A stretch of 64,000 bases of DNA from an uncultured bacterium. GTDB lineage: Bacteria; Verrucomicrobiota; Verrucomicrobiia; Verrucomicrobiales; DEV007. The notes beneath the pieces were generated by a model. The model was not told where the DNA came from. It did not search any database and saw nothing but the letters and a program-made list of their open reading frames with translations. Location: contig CAXBMO010000012.1 in NCBI GenBank assembly GCA_963977015.1, forward strand, positions 122,730 to 186,729, in the 5' to 3' direction. Shown here in pieces: positions 1 through 9,454 of this stretch; the stretch's first letter is position 1, and each line of letters opens with the position of its first letter. Both the position numbers and the translations under genes were made by a program.

Positions 1-254
1 GTGTTGTGAATCTCGACCAGCTCTCGTCCAAAGCTCACATCCCCTATGTTCACGCTCAAAATCTCCAACTCGGTCAGGTCCTCAAAATCCGCCTGGAAGA
101 CGGGAGGCAGACCGAGGCCGAGGCGGAAATTGAATTCATTTCCCCAATTGTTGAGCCGGCCACCGGAACCGTTGAGGTTCGGCTGGTGGTGCAGAATCTG
201 GAGCGCAGGTATGTCAGTGGACTTCCGTCCAGGTTGCTCGTTCCCATCAAGTAA
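1..254 (+). CDS. Efflux RND transporter periplasmic adaptor subunit, C-terminal part (5'-truncated by window edge)
   Basis: Motif IEFISPIVEPATGTVEVRLVVQN...SG is typical of the HlyD/membrane-fusion-protein C-terminus; stop TAA at 252-254. Confidence 0.7.
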   Translation, partial: VVNLDQLSSKAHIPYVHAQNLQLGQVLKIRLEDGRQTEAEAEIEFISPIVEPATGTVEVRLVVQNLERRYVSGLPSRLLVPIK

Positions 255-348
255 ACCTGGTTGCGGCGAATCTGGAACATCGGGAGGAACTTTTGGGGGT
301 GATGAGAATGTTCATTGGAAGGATTGAGGTTTTGGTGCGTGTTCAAAA

Positions 349-1080
349 GTGGTGACCCCATTCCGGCAATTCCCAATTTCAGATGCAGCTTCAGCGACCC
401 TTTTTGTGTTGGGCCTCGCTGTGTTCGGGATGGGGTCCGCTTTTGCGGAAGAACGTGCCGATGGGCTGGCTTCCGGACTGGCGGCGTCTGCGTTTGCTCC
501 GGAGCCGGTCACAGAGGAGGATTTTGCGGAGTTGAAAGAGCATTCGCCCTTTCTCCGTCCCCTCGATCTCTCGCAATCATTGGTCCTCACGGGATTGGCT
601 GAGGTTGATGGGAAGCTGATCGCGACCCTCCGCCACCGCAAAACCAAGGAAACCCACGTCGTTTCAGGTTCGAGCAGTGCCAACGCACTTGGCTGGCAAC
701 TGGTCGGCGTTGAAGGGGATCAGAACGATCTCCAGACCCTGAGTGCCCGGATTTCGGTTGGGAGAGGGGAGGTCGTTTCGATCGGTTTCGATGATCAGCA
801 GCTTCGTCCCCGCACCGTCCTGATCGGGCCGAAGGTCCCTGCTTCCGAAGCCAAGAGGATCGCGAAAGAGGCGCAGAATTATCGAAGGGGGATCTCGGCA
901 GACGGCTTTTCGGGGGCGCCCCCACGGGAGTTGGCGGACAAGCTGTCGAGGTTGAGCGAAGAACAGCGTGGTCGTCTTATCTACCAAGTTAGTGAGATGC
1001 GAAAGAAGGGGGTGAGCAGCGAGGAACGCCGCAAGGTTTTTGTTCGCATGGTGGATCAGGCGCTACCCAAAGGACGGTAG
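349..1080 (+). CDS. Hypothetical exported/membrane-anchored protein
   Basis: 243-aa ORF with an N-terminal hydrophobic segment (LFVLGLAVFGMGSAFA); co-oriented with the upstream gene; start uncertain. Confidence 0.6.
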   Translation: MVTPFRQFPISDAASATLFVLGLAVFGMGSAFAEERADGLASGLAASAFAPEPVTEEDFAELKEHSPFLRPLDLSQSLVLTGLAEVDGKLIATLRHRKTKETHVVSGSSSANALGWQLVGVEGDQNDLQTLSARISVGRGEVVSIGFDDQQLRPRTVLIGPKVPASEAKRIAKEAQNYRRGISADGFSGAPPRELADKLSRLSEEQRGRLIYQVSEMRKKGVSSEERRKVFVRMVDQALPKGR

Positions 1081-1099
1081 CCACTTTTTACCGGGCCGC

Positions 1100-1597
1100 C
1101 TACTCCCGTTCGAACTTCACAAAACCCTTCAACGTGGTTTGGCCGAGGGCGCTCACGAACTCGAAGTTGACCTCGTAGATGTCACCACGAATCGCCTTTT
1201 GCAATCGGATGAGGGTTCCGCCGGGGAACGGTTCGAGCGTGGCTGTGAGAGCGGCTTGATCGATGCTGACTTGAAACTCGGACACGTTTTCGGGCGAAGA
1301 TGCCGTGACGTATTCTCCCCGATACAGTCCCTCCAGCTCGTGGGCAGTGTAGGTCCAGGAATACTCGACGGGATTGTCATTCGCCACGAGGTTTCCCTGG
1401 ATCGTGAAAACATCTCCTTCGCTGGAAAAGGACGCCACGATCCGGTTGGTGAGCTGGGCGGTTTCGAAGTTGGCGTCGGTCATTTCTCCGGCGCCAGTCC
1501 AGGTTCCCTCCAGCGCTTTAAAAAACGCGTTCTCCCGCAGATCCTCCGCGAAGGTTGGCAGGAGTAAGGCAAGCCAGATCAGTAGAACCCGATTCAT
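1100..1597 (-). CDS. Hypothetical secreted beta-rich protein (LEGTWTGAG N-terminal motif)
   Basis: 165 aa with signal peptide MNRVLLIWLALLLPTFA; an extended -10 (TGA-TAGGAT) lies 6 nt upstream of the ATG. Confidence 0.65.
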   Translation of the reverse strand: MNRVLLIWLALLLPTFAEDLRENAFFKALEGTWTGAGEMTDANFETAQLTNRIVASFSSEGDVFTIQGNLVANDNPVEYSWTYTAHELEGLYRGEYVTASSPENVSEFQVSIDQAALTATLEPFPGGTLIRLQKAIRGDIYEVNFEFVSALGQTTLKGFVKFERE

Positions 1598-1681
1598 TGC
1601 TTCATCCTATCATTTCGAAGGCTCTGACCAAGCTTAAGTTGCTCGCAACGCAATTCCGCAGCGCAAGTGATGACGCCGCGA

Positions 1682-1710
1682 TTGACAAGCCAAGCCATGG
1701 TTCCTAAGCT
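1682..1710 (+). promoter_or_regulatory. Sigma70-type promoter for the esterase gene
   Basis: TTGACA (1682-1687), 17-nt spacer, TAAGCT (1705-1710); ATG at 1731. Confidence 0.6.
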
Positions 1711-1730
1711 GCGCCTCGTTGAAAACCCCC

Positions 1731-2663
1731 ATGAAAAAGACCCTCATCCTGGCCTTCATTTTTGCCAATAGCATCAGTTGGCTCACCGCCCAGCAGGAAG
1801 AAACTGCGCCGGCTCCCGAGCCGCCCACTCACGCCGATGTCGCCTACGGTCCACACACGCCCAACGTGCTCGACATCTGGATCGCCGAAGGCGAAGGACC
1901 GCGGCCGCTTCACGTTTACATTCATGGCGGCGGCTGGACTAGCGGCGACAAGTTCAAGAAAGGAAATCCTCAGAACGCGTGGCTCGCCAAGGGCATTTCC
2001 TATGCGGCCATCAACTATCGTCACACGCCTGGGGCTCCACTCCCGGCCCCGGTTCACGACGCGGCCCGCGCCATCCAGTTTCTTCGCTCCAACGCAGAAG
2101 CGTGGAACATCGACAAGGAGAAAATCTGTCTCAGCGGGGGAAGCGCCGGGGCCTGCACCTCCATGTGGTTGCTCACCCATGACGATCTCGCCGACTCCGA
2201 CGCCGAAGATCCGGTGATGCGCGAATCGACCCGGGTTTCGGGCGCCGCCGTCTCCTCGGGACAGACCTCCATCGATCCCAAGCAGATCGAGCCTTGGCTG
2301 GGGCCCATGGTGCTCCAGCATCGAATGATCAATATGGCCGTTGGTGAGGAGACGATCGAGGGTGCGTTGAAGAACTACGAAACCCACAAGGCCCTGTATC
2401 AGGAATTTTCGGCCTACAATCACGTTAGCAAAGACGATCCGCCGCTCTTCATGACCTACGGCAGAGACATGACGCTCCCTTCCAAGAGTGCCGGTCACGG
2501 GATTCATCACCCGGTCTACGGCGTGAAAATGAAAGAGAAAGCCGACCGTGTGGGGATGGAATGCCATCTCCTCATCGGCGGTGGCACCGTCTCCAAGTCT
2601 GAAACATACAAGAACGCGGACGCGTTTATCACCGCGATCCTGTTGGGGACTGACGAATCCTAG
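1731..2663 (+). CDS. Secreted alpha/beta hydrolase (HSL-like / BD-FAE-type esterase)
   Basis: HGGGW oxyanion motif, GGSAG nucleophile elbow, signal peptide MKKTLILAFIFA. Confidence 0.85.
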   Translation: MKKTLILAFIFANSISWLTAQQEETAPAPEPPTHADVAYGPHTPNVLDIWIAEGEGPRPLHVYIHGGGWTSGDKFKKGNPQNAWLAKGISYAAINYRHTPGAPLPAPVHDAARAIQFLRSNAEAWNIDKEKICLSGGSAGACTSMWLLTHDDLADSDAEDPVMRESTRVSGAAVSSGQTSIDPKQIEPWLGPMVLQHRMINMAVGEETIEGALKNYETHKALYQEFSAYNHVSKDDPPLFMTYGRDMTLPSKSAGHGIHHPVYGVKMKEKADRVGMECHLLIGGGTVSKSETYKNADAFITAILLGTDES

Positions 2664-2729
2664 CCGGGCATCGAATTTTCCGCCCCATACGCGGGGTTGC
2701 GTTTCCACCGTCCTGCGGGTTAGTCGGCC

Positions 2730-4484
2730 ATGCTCCTCCGATTAACCCCCGCTCTTCTCTGCGCACTCTTCGGAGCGTCGCACCTCGCGAACGCCGACGT
2801 TCTTGAAGTCCTCGGCACGCCGTGCCAGGTGCTGCCATCCTCTCAACAAGTCTCGATCCAGCCCGAATCGGATTCCGTCGTCGGGGTCACCACAGCGCCG
2901 GGCAAGGACGGCTATCCCGGTGTTCGCATTGGTCCCGGCAACGGCAAAACTCTCGATGCGTCCGCCTTCAGCCACCTGGCGGCGACGGTTCGCAACACCG
3001 GCGCTGAGCCGTTCACCATTCACCTGCGCATCGACAATCCGGGTGATTGGAGAAAGTCGCCGTGGAATGTCGAAAAACTGCGCGTTGAGCCCGGCGAAGC
3101 TGCCGTCGTGCGAACCTTTTTCGGGTATCAGCACGGGTTCAAGAAAGGCTATGCCCTCGACCCCGCCCGCATTTCGGAGATCCAACTCTTCACCGGCAAA
3201 GCCGACGAAACCCCCATCAGCTTTCGCCTCGAATCCCTCTCCGCCGCCGGAACTCCGGGAGAGTCGCCGCGTCTCGCCGAGGCGATCCTCAACACGATTG
3301 AACCGCAGGACGGAATTCTCTATCAAGCCGGCGTCACCGATCCAAACCAAGTCAACATCACCCGATCTGGTGAGCAATTTCAGGTCCGACCCGTCGAGGG
3401 ACAATGGAACCTGCGCAACTACAACCAGATCACCGTCACCCTGCGCGATGGAACGCAGGTGAACGTCCGCGCCATCGACCACGGAAATCGCGGCACCGCC
3501 TTGATGCCATCCCCCGTGCTCTTTCGTCGCGACGAAGTCTGGCACGGACACATCGGCAAGGGGGCTTCCGAATCGCATCCCGTCTTCGACAGCCGCCGTG
3601 TCAAAGCGATCGAAATCAGTGGCGGCCCGAACGGAGCCGAAATCGAATCCATCATCGCCGGTGTCCACGTTTTTCAACGTCCCGACTGGTTCGGCAAACG
3701 ACCCCCCATTCCCGGCGAATGGAAACTCACCCTCGAAGACGAATTCGACCAACCTGCGATCGACGCCCGAACCTGGAACGTCGCCGGTCCCAACTACTGG
3801 GGCGCCAAAGAACTCACCCATTGGAGCCGCGAAAACGTCATCCTCAAAGACGGCACCGCTTCGCTCTGCATGGAAAAGAAATTCGGCCATCACAACGACG
3901 ACACCAGCCAACACACCAGTCCCTACACCGGCGGCTACCTCGATACCTACGACAACTGGCGCCAACGCTACGGCTACTTCGAGGCCCGTATGAAACTTCC
4001 CACCGCCGACGGACTCTGGCCCGCCTTCTGGCTCATGCCCGACGCCGGTCGCGAACTCGGCCCCATGTGGAAACGCCAGAAGACCGAACCGCACGGCATG
4101 GAATTCGACATCCTCGAGCATCTCACCGGCTGGGGCCCCTACCGCTACCACATCGCCATGCACTGGGATGGCTACGGCAAAAACCATCAATCCACCGGCG
4201 CCTCCAGCATCTACTTCTCGCCGGATGAAGACGGCTTCGTCACCTCCGGCCTTTTGTGGGAACCCGGCCGCGCCGTCTACTACGTCAACGGTCGCGAAAT
4301 TGGCCGTGTTGAAAGCGATCGCATCTCCGACATCCCCGGCATGATCATCTTCACCCTCCCCATTGGTGGCTGGGACAATCGCCCCCTCAACGACGCCCAA
4401 CTCCCCGCCCACTTCACCATCGACTACGTCAGAGTCTGGCAACGAAACGACCTCGCCTCCGAGGCCGATGGCCACTACGAGTGA
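2730..4484 (+). CDS. Glycoside hydrolase family 16 with N-terminal CBM-like domains
   Basis: YGYFEARMKLP...GLWPAFWLMP, catalytic EFDILE (ExDxxE), C-terminal FTIDYVRVWQ; signal peptide. Confidence 0.88.
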   Translation: MLLRLTPALLCALFGASHLANADVLEVLGTPCQVLPSSQQVSIQPESDSVVGVTTAPGKDGYPGVRIGPGNGKTLDASAFSHLAATVRNTGAEPFTIHLRIDNPGDWRKSPWNVEKLRVEPGEAAVVRTFFGYQHGFKKGYALDPARISEIQLFTGKADETPISFRLESLSAAGTPGESPRLAEAILNTIEPQDGILYQAGVTDPNQVNITRSGEQFQVRPVEGQWNLRNYNQITVTLRDGTQVNVRAIDHGNRGTALMPSPVLFRRDEVWHGHIGKGASESHPVFDSRRVKAIEISGGPNGAEIESIIAGVHVFQRPDWFGKRPPIPGEWKLTLEDEFDQPAIDARTWNVAGPNYWGAKELTHWSRENVILKDGTASLCMEKKFGHHNDDTSQHTSPYTGGYLDTYDNWRQRYGYFEARMKLPTADGLWPAFWLMPDAGRELGPMWKRQKTEPHGMEFDILEHLTGWGPYRYHIAMHWDGYGKNHQSTGASSIYFSPDEDGFVTSGLLWEPGRAVYYVNGREIGRVESDRISDIPGMIIFTLPIGGWDNRPLNDAQLPAHFTIDYVRVWQRNDLASEADGHYE

Positions 4485-4510
4485 CCGGTTGGGGAACCGC
4501 AGATGGGAAT

Positions 4511-4561
4511 CTTTGGACTGCGGAAGCCTGCTGCCGCTATTTCAGAAAGCAGCCCTGCTGC
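4511..4561 (+). repeat. REP-like element, left arm of the inverted pair flanking RAYT-1
   Basis: CTTTGGACTGCGGAAGCCTGCTGCCGCT...GCAGCCCTGCTGC; internal hairpin GCGGAAGC-CT-GCTGCCGC; matches the reverse complement of 5233-5283. Confidence 0.75.
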
Positions 4562-4619
4562 TGGACCAATTCCAAATACGGATTCAACTTCTGACAACGT
4601 AAAACGGCCCCTTATCCCG

Positions 4620-5213
4620 ATGATTAACCAGCCTGCTTCACTTCCAACGAATGAACAATCAGGCACGGGTTCCCGCGATTGGCCTCACGCCCCACCACAT
4701 CGATTGGGTGGAGCCGGCGTTTACTTTGTGACGGCTCGCGCCCGCGATCAGCGTCATATCCTCGCTGATGACACGATGAAATCCTGGTTTCAGAAACTCC
4801 TGTTTGTCGTGGTTGATGAGTTTGGTTGGAAACTTGAGGTATGGGCCATTCTATCCAATCACTATCACTTCGTTGCGCATAGTCCCGAGAATGGAGAGGA
4901 TGGTAAAACGCTGAGCCCGTGCCTGCGAAAGCTTCATAGCCTGACGACGAAGGAGTTGAACCGTCGAGAGAACCAGTCAGGCCGAACTCGCCTTTGGCAG
5001 AACTACCGCGAAACTCACCTGACGTATCAACGAAGTTATCTGGCGCGGTTGAATTATGTCCACCAAAACGCGGTTCATCACGGTTTGGTGACGGACGGGA
5101 TTGACTATCCGTGGTGCAGTGCCGCGAAGTTTATGGATTCAGTGACTCCCGCCTGGAGCAAAACCGTTGCGAGTTTTAGGTATGATGAAATTGCGAAGGA
5201 GGACGGCGAGTAA
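4620..5213 (+). mobile_element. REP-associated tyrosine transposase (RAYT, Y1_Tnp HUH family), copy 1
   Basis: YFVT, WAILSNHYHFV (HUH), LWQ, NYVHQNAVHHGLV...YPWCSA (catalytic Tyr region). Start moved from 4503 to ATG 4620 because the upstream extension translates the REP. Confidence 0.85.
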
Positions 5214-5232
5214 GGCTTGCCCTGATGGGGCG

Positions 5233-5283
5233 GCAGCAGGGCTGCCTGCTTGAAGGCGGCAGCAGGCTGCAGCAGTCCAAAAG
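5233..5283 (-). repeat. REP-like element, right arm flanking RAYT-1
   Basis: Reverse complement reads CTTTTGGACTGCTGCAGCCTGCTGCCGCC...GCAGCCCTGCTGC, closely matching 4511-4561. Confidence 0.75.
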
Positions 5284-5291
5284 CAGACAGG

Positions 5292-6203
5292 CTAACCCAA
5301 ATGAGCCGTGAAAAACTCCACCGTCCGCTTCCAAGCCAGCTCCGCCTGTTCCTCATCGTAGCGGCTCGTTGAATCATTGTGGAAGCCGTGGTTCGCGGCT
5401 GGATACATGTGCATCGTGTAAGGCACATCGTTCGCCTTCAAATCCGCCTCATACTCCGGCCACGTCCCATTCACCCGCTTGTCCAGCTCCGCCAACTGAA
5501 TCATCAACGGCCCCTTGATGTTCTTGCGCAGCTCCTTCGCCGCTGGAGTCCCGTAAAACGGCACTCCCGCATCCAGCACATCCGGAATCGCCGCCGCCAG
5601 CATGTTCACCACATACCCGCCATAACAAAAGCCCACCGCACCCAATTTTTCCGTCGTCGACTCCAGCGCGTTCACATATTTCGCCGCTGCGATGAAGTCC
5701 TGCTCCAGCTTCGCCGCATCCATCGACTTCTGCATCGCGCGTCCCTCGTCATCATTCCCCGGATATCCGCCTAACGGATGCAACGCATCCGGAGCAAACG
5801 CCACAAAGCCCGCCTTCGCCGCCCGCCGCGCCACATCCTTCACATACGGATTCAGCCCGCGATTCTCATGCACCACCAGCACCGCCGGCAACTTGCCTTC
5901 CACCGCCGTTGGTGTCACCAGGTAACCACGACCCTCGCCATGGCCATTGGGCGAATCAAACAACGCATACTGCGCCTTGATGTCGGGATCATTGAAACTC
6001 ACCTGCTCGGCTTGCGCATAATTCGGCATCAGCGCACCCATCAACGTCCCCATCGTCAGTCCCCCAACCGTCAGCGTCGAAAGGCGATTTAGAAACGTGC
6101 GCCGGTCAATGATGCCGTGGGCATACTCATCATACCAATCGAAAGCTTCTTGTGGGATTGGCTGGGTGGCGGGTGATTCGGGAGAGAAAGTTGGAGTCAT
6201 CAT
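5292..6203 (-). CDS. Dienelactone hydrolase family protein (YghX-like)
   Basis: YDEYAHG-x-IDRRTFL N-terminus, VVHENRGLNP, nucleophile GFCYGG, HGFHNDSTSRYD. Confidence 0.9.
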   Translation of the reverse strand: MMTPTFSPESPATQPIPQEAFDWYDEYAHGIIDRRTFLNRLSTLTVGGLTMGTLMGALMPNYAQAEQVSFNDPDIKAQYALFDSPNGHGEGRGYLVTPTAVEGKLPAVLVVHENRGLNPYVKDVARRAAKAGFVAFAPDALHPLGGYPGNDDEGRAMQKSMDAAKLEQDFIAAAKYVNALESTTEKLGAVGFCYGGYVVNMLAAAIPDVLDAGVPFYGTPAAKELRKNIKGPLMIQLAELDKRVNGTWPEYEADLKANDVPYTMHMYPAANHGFHNDSTSRYDEEQAELAWKRTVEFFTAHLG

Positions 6204-6459
6204 GAAAGGGGTTGAGATTCGGCATTCACCTTCCAACTCCTTTGCCGAACCTCAAGCAAAACCTGACGAACCAACCTTCGCTGGAAGGAGACCGCCGATG
6301 ACGCACCTTGGACGGCTCGAAAGGTGCCCCGTTGGAACCTTGGGCAACTCATTCTCGATGACAAAGCGAGTCTATCCGTCGGAGTTTCTACACCGATTGA
6401 TGATGCCAACCGTGGTGAAGAACTTCATCAAATAGGGCCACCCGTGACCATGAAATCGG

Positions 6460-8760
6460 TTACTTCGCGGCCAGGCCGGGATCCTTGCCTGCGGCGGCTT
6501 TTTTGAAGGCGGCGATGACCTGGCCGGGAGTGATGACCTCGTCGAGGAAGAGGATCGGTCCTTCCGGTGGGATCACCATGTAATAGGGAATGGTGGGGTG
6601 ATCGAAGTGATGGAGAATCTCATCGACGACTTTGTTCGGCTTGGTGATATCGGCGAGCATCGGAACGATGTTGCGCGCTTCAATTTCGGTGCGGACTTGG
6701 CTGGAATTTACGAAGACAACTGTCTCGTTTTGTTTGCAGGTCAGTCACCAATCTGCGGTGAAGTCGATGAAGACGGTTCGTTTCTTACTTCGATGTTGAA
6801 CGATTTGGACCGGGTTGATTTCGTCCCAGAGAATCCCGTACTTCACGATCTTGTCGGCGACGGCTTTCGGTTTGGAGGCGAGGAGCGCTTCGGCTTCCTG
6901 ACCCTTTTTGAAGCCGGTTTGGGTCAGGAAGATGAAGAGGCCGGCAAGGGCGATGGCGGCGATGCGACCCATCCACTGGGTTTTGACGGATTTGTAGGGC
7001 AGGACGTAGCGCCCATAAATCCAGACGGCCATGGCGAGAATGACGAGGCCGTAGAGAAAGTAGCTGAGGGCGTCGCGACCCGCGAGCTTGGCATAGACGC
7101 TGGTGAGCCAGACGACGGTCGCGAACATGGGGAAAGACATGAACTGTTTGAACGTCTCCATCCACGCGCCCGGTTTGGGGAGCTTCTTGATGAGGGCGGG
7201 GATGTAACTGAGCAGGACGTAGGGAAAGGCGAGGCCGAGGCCGAGCGCGGTGAAGATGGCGAACGAGGCAATGGCGGGAGCGCTGAGCGCATAGCTGAGG
7301 GCCGAAGCCATGAACGGGCCGGTGCAGGGCGTGGCGATAATGACGGCGAGGACACCGGAGAAAAAGGAGCCGGAGTAGCCTTCCTTGCTCTGCAGTCCCT
7401 GACCCGCACCCGTGAGGGAGGTGCCGAATTCGAAAACACCGGCGAGATTGAGGCCGAAGACGAAGAGAATGACGACCATCGAGACGACGAAGAGGGGATT
7501 CTGCAATTGGAAGCCCCAGAGGATGTTGTTCCCGGCCAGTTTAATGGCGACGACAATCGCGGCGAGAATCCAGAGCGATACAAGCACGCCCAAGCCGAAG
7601 ACGAGTCCGTGTTTGCGCACTTTCGCTTGGTCTTCCCCACTTTGCTGGACGAAGCCCATGATTTTGATGCCGAGGACGGGAAAGACGCAGGGCATGAGGT
7701 TGAGGATCATGCCGCCGAGGAAGGCGAAGACGAAGAGTGCGGGGAAGGGCAGGGGACCCGCCTTGGTGTCGGAGGTAGAGCCGGCTTCGACGGCGCCCCA
7801 GCTGAGCATGGTTTGGACCGCTTCCTGTTGAGCGGCGAAGTCGGGCTTGGGAGCGGCGGCTTCCGGAGTTTCGGATGGGGTTTCCGTTTCGGCGATGGAA
7901 GCGGGTTTGGGTTCGGTTTCGGCTGACGAATCGGTGGAGACGAGGAAAACCTGACCGGAGGCGGATTTGAAGAGGGCGTTGAACCCGGCCGGAACTGCAT
8001 CGACACCGCTGGCGATGGGCTGCGTGAAGGTGATAGTTGAACCGGAGACGGCAACGGTTTGGGGCTGATCCGCATCAACGATCCCCGATTCGGTGGGCCA
8101 GAGGAGAAGATCTTTGGGGCTTGAAGCGGCGGAGGCGAGATCGAGCGAAGCGACGAGGTTGCCGTTTTCGATCGCGGCGCTGAACTGGTAGGAATCGGGA
8201 ACTGCGGGAAGTTTGGCGATCGCAGCCTGAATCGCGGGAGACGCAGGCGACGGCGCGGCGGGTTCCGCCTTGATCGGCAAGTCGAGCGTTGCGGCCTGGT
8301 TCTTCGGACTGAGACAGGACTTGTCGTCGCAACTGAGCCAGCTTGCGGTGGCCGAAAGGTTGGCGGTGCCGCCGGGAGCGAGATCCGGTGAAACCTGGAT
8401 TTCCGTAAGGATCCAGGCCTCGGACTCGTAGCCGTAACCGATCTGGCCGGCCGTCGTGAACTGCTTGGGCGTGGAATATCGGCTTTGCCCGGCGGTGAAT
8501 CCTTCGGGGAGATCCAGATTCACCGTGGTTGGCAATCCGCTGACGCCGGGGTTGGTCCAATAAATGTGCCAGGGCTCGTCGATGGTGATGTGGACGGCGA
8601 GTTGAAAGCTGCTGCCAGGCTGGACCGAGGCGACGTCCGCTTTGAGGAATGGGGTGGCGGGCTCCATTCCTCCGAGAAACTGGGCCTGCAGATGGGCGGG
8701 CTGGAGCAGGGCGAAAGCGGCCAGGAGCGTGAAAGGAAGAAAGCGGAGGTTCATCATCAA
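6460..8760 (-). CDS. dsbD: Protein-disulfide reductase DsbD family, probable selenoprotein (UxxC), read through the in-frame TGA at 6747-6745
   Basis: N-terminal domain (WHIYWTNPG, SCDDKSC), TM domain (LNLMPCVFP, TPCTGP), thioredoxin domain FIDFTADW-TGA-LTCKQNE continuing in frame into ORF 6460-6660 to TAA. Confidence 0.85.
6710..6728 (-). promoter_or_regulatory. Candidate bacterial SECIS hairpin
   Basis: mRNA ACGAGAC-AGUU-GUC-U-UCGU: 7-bp stem with one bulged U, G at loop position 2; the loop starts 23 nt after the UGA. Confidence 0.55.
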
Positions 8761-8870
8761 ATCAGATCGGCAAACGTGGGAAAGTGAGCTTCGACAAGAA
8801 TGCTTTCCGGGTTGGTCTAACTGCTGGACGGATCCTTACGATTCGCAAGAAAAATGCTGCGGATGGGGAT

Positions 8871-9272
8871 TCAAGGCTTGGCCACGTTGGCGCTCGATTC
8901 GTCGTCGTCCGTCCCCAGTTTTCCGTCTTTGCCCGCTCCGATTACGGAAATCGTTCCATTTTCATTCGCGTTGAACTCCAGGGGGTGGCCGTAGCTGTCG
9001 ACGAACTTGCCGCCGCCCCGGGTGATCACCATTTTGACCAAGGCGGGGTTGGGGATTCCCGAACCGTCTGATGTCAGGGCCTTGGCCCAGGCTTCGTTGC
9101 TGGTTTCGACCTGTTCATCCGGGTTGTTTTTCTGGTAAATGGCGACCCACGTCTCAACCTGCTTGATGAGGGGGGCATTTCCGACACGGTGCTGCCAGAT
9201 ATAGCCGCCGATCCCGCAAAGCACGATCAGCACAGCAATAACAGTAGAGGCGACGATGCAACCTTTCTTCAT
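8871..9272 (-). CDS. GspG/pseudopilin C-terminal-like membrane-anchored protein
   Basis: N-terminal TM; DSYGHPLEF...VIGAGKDGKLGTDDD resembles the T2SS GspG C-terminal motif DPWG...SAGPDG...GTxDD. Confidence 0.6.
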   Translation of the reverse strand: MKKGCIVASTVIAVLIVLCGIGGYIWQHRVGNAPLIKQVETWVAIYQKNNPDEQVETSNEAWAKALTSDGSGIPNPALVKMVITRGGGKFVDSYGHPLEFNANENGTISVIGAGKDGKLGTDDDESSANVAKP

Positions 9273-9454
9273 GGCAAGGTCGATCAAAGGGAAGAGGTAG
9301 GGTTAGGGCAAGCCAAAAACTTGCAAACTCCGCCCGGCAATGAATGGTCCGTCATTCGAATTCGCGGGGACGGCTTCACCATGGTGAATACGATCCCCAA
9401 ACAACCGCTGAATCTTCATTGTTCGCCCGCGTCAAACGCCCTAAAATCGCCCGG

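Noticed and set aside
2742-4475. Long antisense ORFs (also 1704-2708, 6598-7926, 11237-13222, 33226-35652, 49398-50654, 55356-56453)
   Set aside because: They are shadows of well-supported genes on the opposite strand, expected in GC-rich DNA, and carry no recognisable motifs.
4503-4619. N-terminal extension of RAYT-1
   Set aside because: It translates through the REP element and has no counterpart in RAYT-2.
6240-6455. Possible gene remnant or small ORFs between the hydrolase and dsbD
   Set aside because: Only short ORFs without motifs or convincing starts; cannot be supported.
6745-8760. dsbD as a truncated pseudogene plus a separate 66-aa ORF (6460-6660)
   Set aside because: The single stop is TGA exactly at the catalytic Cys, the frame continues intact and a SECIS-like hairpin follows. 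Recoding fits better, although a nonsense mutation is not formally excluded.
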